DNA of 64,000 nucleotides from a virus (Duplodnaviria; Heunggongvirae; Uroviricota; Caudoviricetes): IMG/VR virus record IMGVR_UViG_2529292828_000009; one strand, 5' to 3'. Shown piece by piece: positions 1 to 11,975 of this stretch (position 1 is its first letter; each line of letters starts with the position of its first letter). The notes under the pieces were generated by a model. It saw only the letters and a program-made list of their open reading frames with translations, ran no database searches and was not told where the DNA came from. The position numbers and the translations under genes were made by a program.

Positions 1-530
1 TTTACCGTTTCCTGTAAACCGAGGTTTTGGATAAACAGCGGCTTATTGGGAATATCTGCTCCGTTCCGGTCTTTTGCCAGACGGGCATTGGCATTATCCA
101 TCGCAATTTTCACCGCTTTTGCGGTGGCTGCCAGCGTTTCACTGGGGCTGTCAGTGGCACTGGTTAGCTGAACGAGGCCTTTTTTGTTCAGGCTGGCATC
201 CCAGATATCCAGATTTTCACGTGCTGTACGCTGTGCTGATGCCCCGGCAATTTTAATTTCGCTGAGGTTATTTTTTATCAGCAGCGCGTTATTGCTCATA
301 ATGGCTTTAATGGACAGTGCAAGCTGGTTTAATTTTGTTTTATCCGGTTGAATACCGGCTTCTTTCAGCGTGTTTAATAACTCCGCCTGCACAATATTAA
401 ACCAGTCCATGCCGGGCCATGTGATAGCATTATTCCCGTCACCTTCTGAAAACCAGCGAACGATAGCACTACGCTGGGCGGATACGGGCGGCATGACGGT
501 TACGCCGCTGTCGTTATCAATATAAAACAT
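1..530 (-). CDS. S: Mu tail fiber protein S, N-terminal part (gene continues past window start)
   Basis: Minus-strand frame opening with ATG overlapping the upstream stop (TAATG) and translating MFYIDNDSGVTVMPP...; position after gp48 in Mu order. Confidence 0.7.
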   Translation of the reverse strand, partial: MFYIDNDSGVTVMPPVSAQRSAIVRWFSEGDGNNAITWPGMDWFNIVQAELLNTLKEAGIQPDKTKLNQLALSIKAIMSNNALLIKNNLSEIKIAGASAQRTARENLDIWDASLNKKGLVQLTSATDSPSETLAATAKAVKIAMDNANARLAKDRNGADIPNKPLFIQNLGLQETV

Positions 531-1072
531 TAGTTATCTCCGTCATGGTAAACAAATTTATAAATCTGATGCGCGGGTTTATATTTCTCCAGTAAACATT
601 CCAGCGCACCCGATTCATAAACACGTAACGGCGTCAGAACATTATCCAGCACCGTTGCGTTGCGATAATTTTTAATACCGTAAATATTGACCTGCGTAAC
701 CCACTGGCCTTCTGTGGAATCCGTCAGCCTGACGGTAAAACCGTACTGCGCAGCCAGCCATTCATAAAAGCGCCGACTCAGATTGCCGGTCATACGCATT
801 TTATTCGCGGCAGCCCGCCGGCGTTCGGACAGGGTGCCGTTTTCGCTGGTACAGTCCGGCAACCCCAGAAATGATTCCCACTCACCCAGATACCAGCGGG
901 ATGTGGACGGGAAACGCTCCCGCAGCATTTGCCGCGCATCATCCGCCGCAGTGGTAATCACGTCGCTGATGGCCTGCGCCAGCGCAGATAATTTGCTGTC
1001 GGGGCTTTTATTCCAGGCAAGCCCTGACGGCAGTAATTGCAGAAAGGCCGTCTGCCAGGGTGTTACAGCCAT
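530..1072 (-). CDS. Mu gp48 (R)-like tail/baseplate protein
   Basis: 180 aa ORF; position and size match Mu gp48 between W and S. Confidence 0.7.
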   Translation of the reverse strand: MAVTPWQTAFLQLLPSGLAWNKSPDSKLSALAQAISDVITTAADDARQMLRERFPSTSRWYLGEWESFLGLPDCTSENGTLSERRRAAANKMRMTGNLSRRFYEWLAAQYGFTVRLTDSTEGQWVTQVNIYGIKNYRNATVLDNVLTPLRVYESGALECLLEKYKPAHQIYKFVYHDGDN

Positions 1073-2145
1073 TCAATTGTCCCCGGTGTTAACAGTTCCG
1101 TATTCTCCGAACGCTGGATCTCTGTCGGGAAACGCACTTCAAAATCATCCAGACCGGTAACACCTGCCACCGCACGGATAATACGGGAGGGGGCAAGTGC
1201 ACCGCCCGGCGTCACCTCATTAAAAAACATGGTATTAATGGCGTGAGTAATAGCCTGTTTCAGTTCGGCTGTCTTCGGCGATATATAAATCCGTGGATTT
1301 ACCGGCTTTGCCTTTGGTGCAAATACCGTGACATTTACACCATCAGGCTGTCCGACAATCAGGCCGGTTATCGGGTCAGTATGACCGGCGATATAATCCG
1401 CCACGCGTTCCACATCTGCCGGTTGTGGAAAAATATTGCTCCGGTTATCCATAACAAACGTCACCCCGACTGTGCCACCGCCTTTCCATGTCGGAAAAGA
1501 CCAGGCACGGGTAACGCCGCTGACTTCACGTGCCCAGCGAACATAATCAAACTGATTACCGCCGAACGGAGGATACTGGACACGATATTCCAGCCGTGAC
1601 AGCAGCTCCGCTGCACTCTCAATATCAGCTCCACCGGAAAACCCTTTTACAGTGATGGCATCGGAAACAACACTGGCAACCGGGGTGATCAACGTTAAAA
1701 GGGTATTCTCACCGGTATTTCCTGCCTCACCGGCAGCCAGTGCGGTAACGGTAATTTCCGTCGTTCCTGCACGGTCAATCACAATGGCATCAGCCAGGCT
1801 GTAAACCACACCATCAGCACGCTGCCAGCGTGTACCGGCAGGAATGGTGGTCGCTGCCGATGTGGTGACAGTCAGCGGGCCGCTGGCGGCTGTCGCCTGT
1901 TTGCGGCGCACGCCCCAGAACCGGCAGTGCTCCAGCAACTCATCTTCATCTGCTGTCGACGGGATAATCTGCCGTCCAACCCATGAAATATGCTCGTGAA
2001 AACCGGCAGCAAGGCCCGCCTGAGCATAAGCAATGGCACTCAGCGTTTTTTCACGGGCCTGAGGCCAGCTACCCGGCAGGCGCTGTTCAATATTCTGTTC
2101 TGTACGGGCAATCAGCGATGATAATGTCGGTGGTGAATAAGCCAT
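1063..2145 (-). CDS. Baseplate J-like protein (Mu gp47/W-like)
   Basis: 360 aa ORF, baseplate wedge position in Mu tail module. Confidence 0.8.
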   Translation of the reverse strand: MAYSPPTLSSLIARTEQNIEQRLPGSWPQAREKTLSAIAYAQAGLAAGFHEHISWVGRQIIPSTADEDELLEHCRFWGVRRKQATAASGPLTVTTSAATTIPAGTRWQRADGVVYSLADAIVIDRAGTTEITVTALAAGEAGNTGENTLLTLITPVASVVSDAITVKGFSGGADIESAAELLSRLEYRVQYPPFGGNQFDYVRWAREVSGVTRAWSFPTWKGGGTVGVTFVMDNRSNIFPQPADVERVADYIAGHTDPITGLIVGQPDGVNVTVFAPKAKPVNPRIYISPKTAELKQAITHAINTMFFNEVTPGGALAPSRIIRAVAGVTGLDDFEVRFPTEIQRSENTELLTPGTIEWL

Positions 2146-2583
2146 TTAAACCCCGTTAAATGCTGCTTTAAACTCATAAGGAATAACGGAACCATCCGGT
2201 AATGTCAGTGCAATGTAGAGGTATAACCAGCCCTGATGTAACTGTTCCGCTCTGACGTTAATCGCACTCACCCGGCCCGCTGTTTTCAGCCATTCCAGCG
2301 CCTCTTCGGCATACCCTCTGGCGCGTTCCAGCGTATCCGGTGTGGCTTTTTCACGTGATAACAGCCACAACCGCGAACCGATGGGGCGGTCGCGGTAACT
2401 GTCACCCCACCATCCACGGCGATCATCTGAACCATCCGGCAGCGTGTCAGAATCCAGCGCGCGCCGGTCGGTAAACAGGGAGATTGTCACATCGGTCGTC
2501 AGACTGTCGTCGGTCAGCATATCAATGCCATCCTGTGCAATATCGCCGCGTCCGTTCGTCCAGATAATGGCTAAATCGGTCAT
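2146..2583 (-). CDS. Mu gp46 (V)-like baseplate protein
   Basis: 145 aa ORF, stop/start abutting neighbours, Mu order. Confidence 0.75.
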   Translation of the reverse strand: MTDLAIIWTNGRGDIAQDGIDMLTDDSLTTDVTISLFTDRRALDSDTLPDGSDDRRGWWGDSYRDRPIGSRLWLLSREKATPDTLERARGYAEEALEWLKTAGRVSAINVRAEQLHQGWLYLYIALTLPDGSVIPYEFKAAFNGV

Positions 2584-3173
2584 TGCATCGGCCCTGTGGT
2601 TCCGCCGCTGTCGCCACGGTGGATATGCTTATCCGTCGATTTGCCATTGATGATGGCATCCGGGGCAGTAATATTGCTGTCGAACTGGCTTTTACCTTTA
2701 ACGCCCAGACCTTTCTGGATCTCAACGTCGCCGGTAAACGTGGTTCTGGGTGTATCAACGGTCATGCTTTCATCAGCGTAAATCTCAACCGTTTTACAGG
2801 TAATGATGCAGCGCCCGTCCTTTGTCAGCCTGATACGATGCCCCTCGTGGTGGTAAATGCCTGCATCACCCGGTTCAAGATTTGTCGGGCGGTAGCGGCG
2901 GTCTTCCACCACAACGGCAATCCCCTGATCACGTTGTGCACCCACACAGGCAATCAGCGCCTCTGCGCCCGGCAGAGGAACGCTGAAATGCCCGTAATTT
3001 TGCAGGCGCTCCACTTCATCAGATTCCTCATCATCCAGCAGACCGACCTGCAGGTTCTGAACCTTTCGCCCGTCGTTAATCACGTTAACAACGGCACGCG
3101 CAAGCATCAGACGCACACGACGCATCAGCGGTGTCAGCAGGCGGTTCATGGCGGAATCATTTACTCTTTCCAC
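2580..3173 (-). CDS. Baseplate assembly/spike protein (Mu gp45/Q-like)
   Basis: 197 aa ORF, 4-nt overlap with neighbour, Mu order. Confidence 0.75.
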   Translation of the reverse strand: MERVNDSAMNRLLTPLMRRVRLMLARAVVNVINDGRKVQNLQVGLLDDEESDEVERLQNYGHFSVPLPGAEALIACVGAQRDQGIAVVVEDRRYRPTNLEPGDAGIYHHEGHRIRLTKDGRCIITCKTVEIYADESMTVDTPRTTFTGDVEIQKGLGVKGKSQFDSNITAPDAIINGKSTDKHIHRGDSGGTTGPMQ

Positions 3174-4294
3174 GGCGGCGTTTTCTCCGGGTGTCTGCGA
3201 TAATAATCTTCAACCAGCGCATCAACGCCATCATTACCATCCCCTCTGGATTTGCGGTCGCTTTCAACCGGCACCAGAAAGCCTTCGCGTGGTGCAAGGC
3301 TGACGCGGGTTTTCAGCCCGTCCTGGTCATTCAGTATCAGGGTGACTTTGCTGACCAGTAATTCCGTGGTTTTGATGGCATATTTCGAGGCATCAATAGT
3401 GACCAGCAGGTTTGGCATCCAGAGTTGCCCGTCCTTGCGAGTCCATCCGTCAATTTCAGCCTCAAAGGTGATGGATTTTGCCAGTCTGCGGCGTTGCTCA
3501 CGCAGGGCGCGGGCCTGTGCATCCTTCGCCGTAATTTTGCTGTCGGCAATGATGATCATCGGTCTGTAACGGGTTACATCACTGTCAGTGGCGGTCCCTT
3601 TCCGGGAGACGATACTTTTCGCATCAATATCATCACCCTCAGCGCCGTTTGCGCGGGCATAACCCTTGACAATGTATTCGCTGAACCGGTCACGGAAATC
3701 TTCGTCAAAATCCACCGTCAGCAGATTTTTCCCGAGGATCAGCTCATCAGTGACCGTACTGGCAGCCCGGCTGAATACCAGCTCTCCGGCGGCATTGCTG
3801 GTCATCAGTACACCACGTGCGCGGGAGGCCCGCACCAGCGCTTCGTAAACCGTTTCTGAATGGTCAAGCGTAAAAGACGGAAACGACGCTGCGCTTTCCT
3901 TGTCTGACAGCTCCCAGCGAACGGTAACGCCATAAGGGGCGCACAGGTCACGCGCAATCTGCTCCAGTGTGCGGTTTTTCCACTGTCCGCCACTGTAAAC
4001 GGCAGCACAGTCAATCAGGTCAGCCGTTTTGTCACGTCCGGCGACAGTGATTTTCATACTGTCAGCGGTCATCTGGCGTCGCCGTGAATCGATATAACCG
4101 GTGCAGACAATCTGCCCCCCGATTTCGAGCGTGAACTTCTTCCCCGGAGCCAGCCCGGATAAATCCGTGCCCGGTGGCACGTTCACCCCCAGCTCAAAAT
4201 ATCCGGCTACGGATTCAATCGAGCGGGTGACAGAGACTGACGTCCAGCCGGTAAAAAGCCTGCCATCCGTTCGCAGCGTGACGGTATTACTCAT
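3161..4294 (-). CDS. Tail/baseplate hub protein (Mu gp44/P-like)
   Basis: 377 aa ORF, Mu order. Confidence 0.75.
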   Translation of the reverse strand: MSNTVTLRTDGRLFTGWTSVSVTRSIESVAGYFELGVNVPPGTDLSGLAPGKKFTLEIGGQIVCTGYIDSRRRQMTADSMKITVAGRDKTADLIDCAAVYSGGQWKNRTLEQIARDLCAPYGVTVRWELSDKESAASFPSFTLDHSETVYEALVRASRARGVLMTSNAAGELVFSRAASTVTDELILGKNLLTVDFDEDFRDRFSEYIVKGYARANGAEGDDIDAKSIVSRKGTATDSDVTRYRPMIIIADSKITAKDAQARALREQRRRLAKSITFEAEIDGWTRKDGQLWMPNLLVTIDASKYAIKTTELLVSKVTLILNDQDGLKTRVSLAPREGFLVPVESDRKSRGDGNDGVDALVEDYYRRHPEKTPPWKE

Positions 4295-5774
4295 TAATCA
4301 CCTCAATACTGACACCACCGGGAACAAACAACGGGTTGCTGATACCGTTCCTGCGGGCCAGCCGTTGCCAGTTCCGGCTGTTTCCTGTGTAACGGTACAG
4401 GGCCACCATTGCAGGCATCGTCTCCGGCAGGCGGTGCGTTTCACTGCCCGCCAGTTGCAGCCCGCGTTTTTCCAGGTCGGCAACAACCAGCAGACGCAGT
4501 TGCGTAAGCTGAACGCTGTCTGTCGAAAAGCCCTGCTCAGATGCCGTCAGAATGACGGTATCCAGCGCAGCCCCCAGCATGGCGGCTGTTTTTCCGATAT
4601 CGGACACACTTTCAAATACCGGGGGCGTGGCTGTACCACTGTCTGAAAAGGATACCTGTGAAAAGCCGCCGTCCGGGGTTATGGCAGTTAACTGTAACTG
4701 TCCCTGTGTGACGGTAGCAGATGTGCTGCTGGCCCCGCTGGCTGTGCCGGTTGTGGTGGACGGGGCATCCAGTACAGGGGCACGGGCGGCATTATCCATC
4801 CGGCGACTGAAATCCAGTGCCGCAGTCAGTGCCTGGCTGGCAGCTTCTGCCCGGTATGTCTGCGCCGCTGCCAGCATGACGTAGTTCAGTGTGGCAATAT
4901 TTTTTTCTGCAACCGGACTGTTGTACGAGGTTGTGATTGCCCCCTGTCTGCCTGCGGTGGCGGCATGGCGACGTTCGAACCGCTGCGCCAGACGGTTCCA
5001 GGTGGAAAATGCTGTCCGGGTATCGCATAACGATGAAACGCCGGACAGCGCCCCCATCAGCGAGGAGGCCAGCATGGCAGGCTGGTTAATCAGGCCGGTC
5101 ACAGAGCCTTTCATCGCAGAAAGCGATCCCATCAGACCGCTGACAGTCTGCGTAACCCCCAGATTGTCCACCGCATCACTGATATCATCGATGACACCGG
5201 TTACAGCTTCCATCACGGCGGTTGCCGCCGCAGTGCCATCTTTTACGGTCTGCCAGACAGAGGACAGCGTATCTCCCAGAGAACCGGTTACAGCAACGGA
5301 CTGTGCCGGTACGGCTACACTGGTGTCTGTCTCTGCGTCCGGGGCAGTATCCTGCAACGACGGATAAACGGTAACGGTGAACGCGTAATAATTCAGTTCA
5401 TCCGCTTTAGTGCGGCATTCCCATGAATCCACCATGACGGCCACAGTGCCGAAATCAGGATGTACCAGCTCACCGCTACCCGGAGCATCAAGAGCATCCA
5501 TCAGCGCACCCGCTTCATCTCTGGCAGTCTCTGCGTTGCTGTTCAGAATGCAGATGCTGAATGTGCGGGAGCGAAGCTTTTTCCCCAGGTCGTTGACACC
5601 GCCGGTATCACGTAACGGGTACTCACGTTTAACCAGACGACGTCCGCCAGCCTGTTTTTGCTCCTCGATGACGAGAAACGGCACGTTACGGAACGTGCCT
5701 TTGCCGGTTGTTTTCCTGCCTCCACCGGTTTTATCCCGGACAGCATTAACGGCATTTAAAGCATCTTCAAACAT
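4287..5774 (-). CDS. DNA circulation protein N (Mu gp43-like)
   Basis: 495 aa ORF directly downstream of tape measure gene. Confidence 0.75.
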   Translation of the reverse strand: MFEDALNAVNAVRDKTGGGRKTTGKGTFRNVPFLVIEEQKQAGGRRLVKREYPLRDTGGVNDLGKKLRSRTFSICILNSNAETARDEAGALMDALDAPGSGELVHPDFGTVAVMVDSWECRTKADELNYYAFTVTVYPSLQDTAPDAETDTSVAVPAQSVAVTGSLGDTLSSVWQTVKDGTAAATAVMEAVTGVIDDISDAVDNLGVTQTVSGLMGSLSAMKGSVTGLINQPAMLASSLMGALSGVSSLCDTRTAFSTWNRLAQRFERRHAATAGRQGAITTSYNSPVAEKNIATLNYVMLAAAQTYRAEAASQALTAALDFSRRMDNAARAPVLDAPSTTTGTASGASSTSATVTQGQLQLTAITPDGGFSQVSFSDSGTATPPVFESVSDIGKTAAMLGAALDTVILTASEQGFSTDSVQLTQLRLLVVADLEKRGLQLAGSETHRLPETMPAMVALYRYTGNSRNWQRLARRNGISNPLFVPGGVSIEVINE

Positions 5775-5778
5775 GGTT

Positions 5779-7854
5779 TTACCAGCCTGTAATGTAGTTA
5801 TCGCCCGCGTAAATATTCAGCCCCATACCATCCTCGGTGACGCGGGAACTGGTCAGACGTAACCCCTCGCCAAGTTCGACGCGCAGCGAGGCTTCCGCAT
5901 TCACTTTTTGCTCCTGCGGTTCCTTATCCGTGGCCGTCCACTTCTGATACAGGTCGGTTACAAAACCGCCCAGATACTCCCCGGCGACACTGCCCAGCGT
6001 GGCACCGGCAACCGTACCCAGCGGTCCGGCAAGGCTGCCAACGGCACCGCCGAGCCATGCACCGGCTGTACTGCCAATTGCGCCTGCTTTTTCATGGGTT
6101 GACGCCTGCTCATCCATCAGGACGGGGGCAAGCTGGAGTGCCCCCATTACCGGGCCACCCAGACGTGACAACGCACGCCCCGCGCCTTTCCCCATCCAGC
6201 CCAGCGCCCCGGCACCTTTTGTCACAACCCGACCGATCGCACTGCCTGCAAGTTTGTTTCCGATACCGGAAAACCACCCGCCAGCGGCACGCCCGGCATC
6301 AGCCAGCTTTCCGACCGCTCCCGTAACCAGTTGCCCGGCAGCACTGCCTGCAAGCCTGCTCAGAAGACCGGATTTACCGGGTAAAGGTAATGGTGCAGGC
6401 CGTGCCGTTACCGGTACGCCGGGTGGGGGTAATGCCAGAACAGGGCGTGGTGCAGGTAATGCCAGCGGCTGTGGCCCGGACAGCAATAACGGCTGGCGGG
6501 GTAACAGGGGCGTCATGCCTTTGCCTTTCCGGGTGCGACCACCACGGCCACCGCTTCCGTAACCGCCGAACCCGTGAGGCCAGTTAGTGACAAACACACG
6601 CTGAATGCCGATACCCTGCAACAGCGTCTCAGACGTCATGGCATCCGGGACCGGCAGACCTGCCTGCCCACGTTTGCGGTTTCGCATCCAGCGCCACATA
6701 CGACGCCCGGTTTTAAACGGATAACTGGCAACCTGCCATGAGGGTTTTGCCACGGCCCAGCCTGCTCTCAGGGCTTTATTGGCAAGCCAGACAGACACCA
6801 GAACAGCAGCCAGTTTTTTCAGGCTGACAATATTCTGGTCAACCCATGCCAGCGCATCTTTACCCGGTTTCAGCCAGCGCCATAATTCCTGCGCCGCGAT
6901 TTTTACCTTTCTGAACGTGGTCAGGAATTTCTGACCAATGTTTTCTGCCAGTGCGTCCAGCTCCCCGGATTTATCCGCCGCATCGTGCCAGTTAAGCACC
7001 CGGCGCATCTCGTTCTTGATTTCTTCAAAGGGGCCGCTGTTTGCCACCTTCGTGCGAAACTCAAGCAGGTTGCCCTCCATCTGGGCCATCATCCCGTCCC
7101 AGGAGTTCATGGCAGCCGCCTGTGCGCCTTCTGACTGCTCCAGCAGGGTCCGGAATACCGTCAGAATGGCTTTCTTGCCCAGCTTGCCTTTTTCACCCAG
7201 CTTACGGATTTTTTTCTCATCCTTACCCGTTGCATCTGCCAGCACCTTGTAAACGTTGATACCGTAACCGGTCAGCAGGTTGGCGTCCGCCGCCGTGATT
7301 TGCTGGCGGGCAAACATCTGTTTGAACTGTAACGAAGCCCCCTGCGCGGTGGGGAAATCCCAGCCATGCATCGCGCCCTGATTCTGTAGCATGGTGATGA
7401 ACTGTTTTACCTGGGCGTCAGTCATGCCAAACGCCGTTGATGTGCGGATTTCCTGCAGAACGCCGCCCAGCCCCCAGGTGGTTTCTTTTGCGTTCTGCTT
7501 CGCCCACGCCATCATGGCCTGTGCTCTGGCCTTATCGCCGTGATACAGCGAGTTCATGGCGATAATCTGCTGCTCACGCTGGGCGGCGGCACCAATAAAC
7601 AGTTTATTGGCGGTGTAACCCACGCCAGCGATACCCAGCGCCCCGGCTGACAGCATTCGGAATGTACGGGTTGACAGTGAACCCATTCTGTCAATGGCAC
7701 CAGAAACGCGCACAACCTCCATACGCAGGGCACGAAGGGAACTTTGTCCGCTACGGGACAGGGCGTTTATCTGGTTCGAATACTCGCGGGAACGCCGGGA
7801 AAGATTGCCATTAAGATCAATAATGACAGACGCCTTTAAGCGTTTCCCGGTCAT
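5779..7854 (-). CDS. Tail tape measure protein (Mu gp42-like)
   Basis: 691 aa ORF with Gly/Ala-rich low-complexity C-terminal half, between chaperone and baseplate genes. Confidence 0.85.
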   Translation of the reverse strand: MTGKRLKASVIIDLNGNLSRRSREYSNQINALSRSGQSSLRALRMEVVRVSGAIDRMGSLSTRTFRMLSAGALGIAGVGYTANKLFIGAAAQREQQIIAMNSLYHGDKARAQAMMAWAKQNAKETTWGLGGVLQEIRTSTAFGMTDAQVKQFITMLQNQGAMHGWDFPTAQGASLQFKQMFARQQITAADANLLTGYGINVYKVLADATGKDEKKIRKLGEKGKLGKKAILTVFRTLLEQSEGAQAAAMNSWDGMMAQMEGNLLEFRTKVANSGPFEEIKNEMRRVLNWHDAADKSGELDALAENIGQKFLTTFRKVKIAAQELWRWLKPGKDALAWVDQNIVSLKKLAAVLVSVWLANKALRAGWAVAKPSWQVASYPFKTGRRMWRWMRNRKRGQAGLPVPDAMTSETLLQGIGIQRVFVTNWPHGFGGYGSGGRGGRTRKGKGMTPLLPRQPLLLSGPQPLALPAPRPVLALPPPGVPVTARPAPLPLPGKSGLLSRLAGSAAGQLVTGAVGKLADAGRAAGGWFSGIGNKLAGSAIGRVVTKGAGALGWMGKGAGRALSRLGGPVMGALQLAPVLMDEQASTHEKAGAIGSTAGAWLGGAVGSLAGPLGTVAGATLGSVAGEYLGGFVTDLYQKWTATDKEPQEQKVNAEASLRVELGEGLRLTSSRVTEDGMGLNIYAGDNYITGW

Positions 7855-7998
7855 AGAGATTTCCTGATTTAACGGTGATATTGAGAGAGGGTTTTAGCCT
7901 GCTGGCAGTGCCGGAAAAAGCGGGACAGCGGGAGAGACAAGGCCCATTCCGGGCCACTTTTCAGAATAACGCCAATCGCTGTCGCCGCTTTCTCAATA

Positions 7999-8433
7999 TC
8001 ATTCCGGCACCGCAGCCACTCGCCCCCGTTCTTGCGTCAGCGATGCCGCCACAGCCATGTCGTGCATCTCTGTGGCCAGCGACAGACGCTGGAAGTCATC
8101 GACGGACAGCTTGCGCATCAGCGCCAGCGATAACGGGCCTTTGATGCAGCCCACGCTGGCAATCTGTCGGCGCAGCATTTCCAGTCCCATCCGGGACGGG
8201 GAACTGACCAGCACCGGGCCTTCCTTGCTCATTACCAGCTTTTCAGCCGCCGCCTGGGCATCAATCAGATCGCCTGCGGTCAGTTCACGCAGTGTCACGT
8301 CATACTGCATTTCAGTCTCGTCACCGGTGCCGAACGCCAGGCCGTCTTTCAGTTTCAGGCCACCGGACTGAAGCTCAGCCACAATACTGTCACGCAGTTC
8401 CTGTGCTTCAGGACTTAAATTCATTTCGTCCAT
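7999..8433 (-). CDS. Tail assembly chaperone (Mu gp41-like)
   Basis: 144 aa ORF between tube and tape measure genes. Confidence 0.65.
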   Translation of the reverse strand: MDEMNLSPEAQELRDSIVAELQSGGLKLKDGLAFGTGDETEMQYDVTLRELTAGDLIDAQAAAEKLVMSKEGPVLVSSPSRMGLEMLRRQIASVGCIKGPLSLALMRKLSVDDFQRLSLATEMHDMAVAASLTQERGRVAAVPE

Positions 8434-8442
8434 TGTTTCCCC

Positions 8443-8799
8443 TTATGCAATGCGTTTGCTTTTTTTTGCCGTCAGTACCAGCGAAATTTCGCCGCCGTCG
8501 TTTTTCGGTTCATCCGCCTGCCAGGCATTCGCCAGCATCCAGGTTTCACCGGTATCAGCCTGGAATTCGACGGTGATGTTTTCCCAGTCGATAATTTCAT
8601 CCAGCCCGATGGGACCGCCCCCCGGAATTTTGCATTCCACTTTTGCGGCACGTGGTTTACCTTTCCAGCCATAAACCCGCGAGCCGGTCACTTCTTCACG
8701 GGTGGTGCCGGAAGGCGTGAAGGAGGCACCTTCCATTGATTCAAGCTCCATGCCATTGACACGGATGAACGCCACCCCCTGACGCTGATTTCCAGCCAT
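8443..8799 (-). CDS. M: Tail tube protein (Mu M/gp40-like)
   Basis: 118 aa ORF immediately downstream of sheath gene. Confidence 0.8.
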   Translation of the reverse strand: MAGNQRQGVAFIRVNGMELESMEGASFTPSGTTREEVTGSRVYGWKGKPRAAKVECKIPGGGPIGLDEIIDWENITVEFQADTGETWMLANAWQADEPKNDGGEISLVLTAKKSKRIA

Positions 8800-8808
8800 A
8801 AATGCTCC

Positions 8809-10308
8809 TTACAGAATGAACTGAACTTGTGCCGCGAAAATGCGGAACTGGTTAATCAGATTCGGGCCGCACAGCACATCAAGACGGTCTTTGTCGTCCT
8901 TGTTACGTGCCACATACAGCTCCTCTTTGAACGTGTCGAAATCCTCGACCAGTCCGGCGTTTTCCCATTCTTCAAACAGTGCCAGCAGCTCCGTTTTGAT
9001 CACGGATGGCGTCACCACGGCCTGACCGGTGGCAAAGCGGGTGCCATCACTTGCCAGCTTGTGGTTCGGGAATTTCTGCGTGATGCGGGTTCGCAGCGAA
9101 TAACGCAGATAACTCAGCGTGGCGATGGTATTCACGTTCAGATAAGACGGATCGCTGTCACCGTACTTGTTCGTGCGGTACATCGTGATCATGCGTTCAA
9201 TCTGCATTTCACCACCATCATTCACGTTAAACGTGGAGATGCCGTCAAACAGCAGCGCATTACGTTCTGACCAGGTGAAACGATCCCCCACCGCAGGCGG
9301 CATTCTTCCGGGCAACGTCAGCGTCTGGAGTGGACGCGCCGGGTCGATGGAAAGCGCCTGGCTGGCAACGGCACACAGGGTGGCGGCGTACAGATATGAC
9401 GGTTCCGGTGCACCGGCAATCCCCATACAGGAAATCAGATGGTCATTACGTCTGACACCAAACGTGGAAATATCCCCATACGTGCCGGACAGCACTGTCA
9501 CGGCAAAGCCATCAGCCTGACTGACCGGTCCCCAGCGTTCCTGCAATTCAGTGCGTAACAGATTCAGGTTCGGTTCATCGGTATAGGGCATCACAATATA
9601 TTTGTATTGCAGATCGCCCATTCCCGCGATACTTGCGCTGATATCCGGGTTGATGTATTTCCGGGATTCGGCTTTGAATGCCGTGATAATCCCGTAAGGG
9701 GTGGTTTCACCCGCGTAATAGTTCCAGCGCACATCCACGGCAGATAATGCACCCGTAAATTTTGCAGTCAGAACTATATCTGTAGCGCCGGCATCATCCG
9801 GCGTGGTTGAGAGCAATACTGCCTTCACCGGCAAATCAGGATGACCGTTGATTCGGTCAGTCAGCAGGCCAGCCAGCTTCGATCCCTTGGTACCTGCTGC
9901 GACGGATACCGCCAGTCGCTGACCGGCAATGTAAGTCACAAGCGAGCCGTTTTCGGTTGCCGTTCCTGACAGTGTGATTAAACCGACAGTAGTTTTAGAG
10001 ATAGTATTACCGGGGTTTTTCGCCTGCGGAATACACCACAGCTCCGCCACGCGGTTAGCTTTCAGGAATGCATCTGCCATCAGTGCCAGCATGGAACCCT
10101 GACCAAACGCCGCACTGGCCTGTGAGCCGGAACGGATACGGACAGGCACGTCTGGTGCCGCACTGGCCCCCTTATTGCTTTGCCCGAACATCAGCACGCG
10201 CTGACGGGGGGCCGGTGTTCCGCTGACGGCATTACTGTTATCAAATTCGATATACGCCAGAGGAACGCGAACATCTGGCGGGATCGCGTTAAATGAAATA
10301 TCGCTCAT
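8809..10308 (-). CDS. L: Contractile tail sheath protein (Mu L/gp39-like)
   Basis: 499 aa ORF; sheath-tube pair typical of myoviruses. Confidence 0.9.
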   Translation of the reverse strand: MSDISFNAIPPDVRVPLAYIEFDNSNAVSGTPAPRQRVLMFGQSNKGASAAPDVPVRIRSGSQASAAFGQGSMLALMADAFLKANRVAELWCIPQAKNPGNTISKTTVGLITLSGTATENGSLVTYIAGQRLAVSVAAGTKGSKLAGLLTDRINGHPDLPVKAVLLSTTPDDAGATDIVLTAKFTGALSAVDVRWNYYAGETTPYGIITAFKAESRKYINPDISASIAGMGDLQYKYIVMPYTDEPNLNLLRTELQERWGPVSQADGFAVTVLSGTYGDISTFGVRRNDHLISCMGIAGAPEPSYLYAATLCAVASQALSIDPARPLQTLTLPGRMPPAVGDRFTWSERNALLFDGISTFNVNDGGEMQIERMITMYRTNKYGDSDPSYLNVNTIATLSYLRYSLRTRITQKFPNHKLASDGTRFATGQAVVTPSVIKTELLALFEEWENAGLVEDFDTFKEELYVARNKDDKDRLDVLCGPNLINQFRIFAAQVQFIL

Positions 10309-10314
10309 TTCGAT

Positions 10315-10545
10315 TTACTCCGTTTTTTTCAGCGCAGCGTCGGTATCATCCGCCGTGTTTTCGGTGCTCCCGACTTCAACCACATCAGTGTTTTCGGTGC
10401 TCCCGACTTCAACCACATCACCGGCTACAAGGCGACGTATCCAGAAACTGTTACGGGGCTTTTCTTCTCCCTCAGGCGCCAGTAATTCCATCGTGAGCGG
10501 GTCACGGATGGTTTTTCCCTCTGCGGGTTTAATTTTCAGCATCAT
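10315..10545 (-). CDS. Small phage protein (Mu gp38-like) with internal 11-residue tandem repeat
   Basis: 76 aa ORF; DVVEVGSTENT repeated twice in tandem. Confidence 0.55.
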   Translation of the reverse strand: MMLKIKPAEGKTIRDPLTMELLAPEGEEKPRNSFWIRRLVAGDVVEVGSTENTDVVEVGSTENTADDTDAALKKTE

Positions 10546-11077
10546 TATCCTTTTCCTGATTCACATTGATATGTGCGGCAAATTCCGGGGTTTCGGCCGG
10601 GAGTTTCCAGGTCTGCCAGTGACGCTCGTAATCATCCAGCGAATCCATGTCCACCACGGACGGCAGCGGGGTAGTGCCACTCAACAGAACGCCGTAAAGC
10701 ACCACGCCGGCATTGATACGGTTGTCGTCACAAAGATTTCTGACCTGCGTCAGTCTCATCCCGGTGGTCTGGCCAAACGTCTGACCGTTAACACCGGCAA
10801 TCAGTCGCTCCACAATCTGATAAATACCGGGCCGGTTTACCGGTTCCCCGTTCAGCAACTCCGCCACGACAAAAAATGCCCAGCGACTTTCAACTTCCCG
10901 ACGCGTACGCCCCTCACCACAGCCCATCCATGCCAGAAATACCGATGGCGGGGCCAGAAAGAGACGGTGTACATCCTCGTTAGTCCATGTGCCGGTAAGG
11001 GGTTCCACCTGCCGCAGGGTTGCCCCAAACAACTCACGAACGCGCGCCAGCAGTGCGGCTTCGGTTTCTTCCAGCAT
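10529..11077 (-). CDS. Mu gp37 (K)-like protein
   Basis: 182 aa ORF in Mu head-tail joining region. Confidence 0.65.
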   Translation of the reverse strand: MLEETEAALLARVRELFGATLRQVEPLTGTWTNEDVHRLFLAPPSVFLAWMGCGEGRTRREVESRWAFFVVAELLNGEPVNRPGIYQIVERLIAGVNGQTFGQTTGMRLTQVRNLCDDNRINAGVVLYGVLLSGTTPLPSVVDMDSLDDYERHWQTWKLPAETPEFAAHINVNQEKDNDAEN

Positions 11078-11502
11078 CAGATAAACCCCTTCTGTTTTCG
11101 TGAGAAGACCGGCGCGTCAGACTGCACCTGCACAAGGTTTTCACCATCCGGCGAGGCTGCCGTCCTGCTTTCCACGCCGGGATCTGTTTTGCCATCGCGC
11201 ACCTGTTCCAGCCAGCGCACTGTGTCCCTGTAGGCAGCGGTGATCTGCTCGGTGGGTTGTGATTCATTCAGATAAAACCAGGCCACTACGCAACACTGCC
11301 GTTTCAGCAGTGAGGGGACGACGGTAAGCGGCAGAACAAAACGCGCGGCGAGATAGCCATCAATAAAGGCCGAAGCATCTGCCAGTGCCTGTTCTGCCAC
11401 GGCATCATCCGGCTGCCCGTCCGCTGTTTTAGGGCGGGTGAGAATATCCAGCCGCGTACGTGTATAGCGGGCGCACAGGTCATTTACCGTCGCGTAATTC
11501 AT
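11077..11502 (-). CDS. Mu gp36 (J)-like protein
   Basis: 141 aa ORF, Mu order. Confidence 0.65.
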   Translation of the reverse strand: MNYATVNDLCARYTRTRLDILTRPKTADGQPDDAVAEQALADASAFIDGYLAARFVLPLTVVPSLLKRQCCVVAWFYLNESQPTEQITAAYRDTVRWLEQVRDGKTDPGVESRTAASPDGENLVQVQSDAPVFSRKQKGFI

Positions 11503-11909
11503 GCATCTGCCTCAGCCAGCGCCGCTTTGATTTGCGCACTGCTCACCGATTCCCCCAGCGCCGCACTGACGGCTTTCACTTTGGGTTCTCCCCCTGCGGT
11601 AAAGTGCTCCGGGTTTGCCTTATCCAGACCGGCAATGGTCGCACGGATACGGGCGTTCAGATCGCCCACACCCAGAACGTCCAGCCACCCAGCCTCAGCG
11701 AGCGTTTCTGCTGACGATGCAGATACCACAGACAGCACGCTGTCGGCACGAATGATCGCCAGTTGTTCTTCGGTGACTTCCACGGTGTTTTCGCCACGAA
11801 TAAAGGCGATTCCGGCGCGGCGGTAGACCGGACGAAGGCATTTAATAATCGCCGTGCAAATGATGCGAGAAGTGTCCAGCCGTTGTGAATTAAACGAAGT
11901 GCCTGACAT
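11499..11909 (-). CDS. Mu gp35-like hypothetical head protein
   Basis: 136 aa ORF between major head gene and J. Confidence 0.5.
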   Translation of the reverse strand: MSGTSFNSQRLDTSRIICTAIIKCLRPVYRRAGIAFIRGENTVEVTEEQLAIIRADSVLSVVSASSAETLAEAGWLDVLGVGDLNARIRATIAGLDKANPEHFTAGGEPKVKAVSAALGESVSSAQIKAALAEADA

Positions 11910-11975
11910 AACACATGCTCCTCCTTTTCCTTTAAATCAGGTTAAAAGGCGGTCTGAACCGCCTTTTAATGACGG

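Noticed and set aside
5999-6562. Plus-strand Pro/Ala-rich ORFs (187 aa and others) inside the tape measure gene
   Set aside because: Antisense to a well-supported long CDS in GC-rich repetitive DNA; compositional artefact.
10354-10420. Possible CRISPR array (repeated 33-mer)
   Set aside because: Only two copies, directly abutting with no spacers, inside a coding frame; a tandem duplication, not a CRISPR array.
10355-11233. 292 aa plus-strand ORF
   Set aside because: Antisense to the Mu gp37/gp38 region; spurious.
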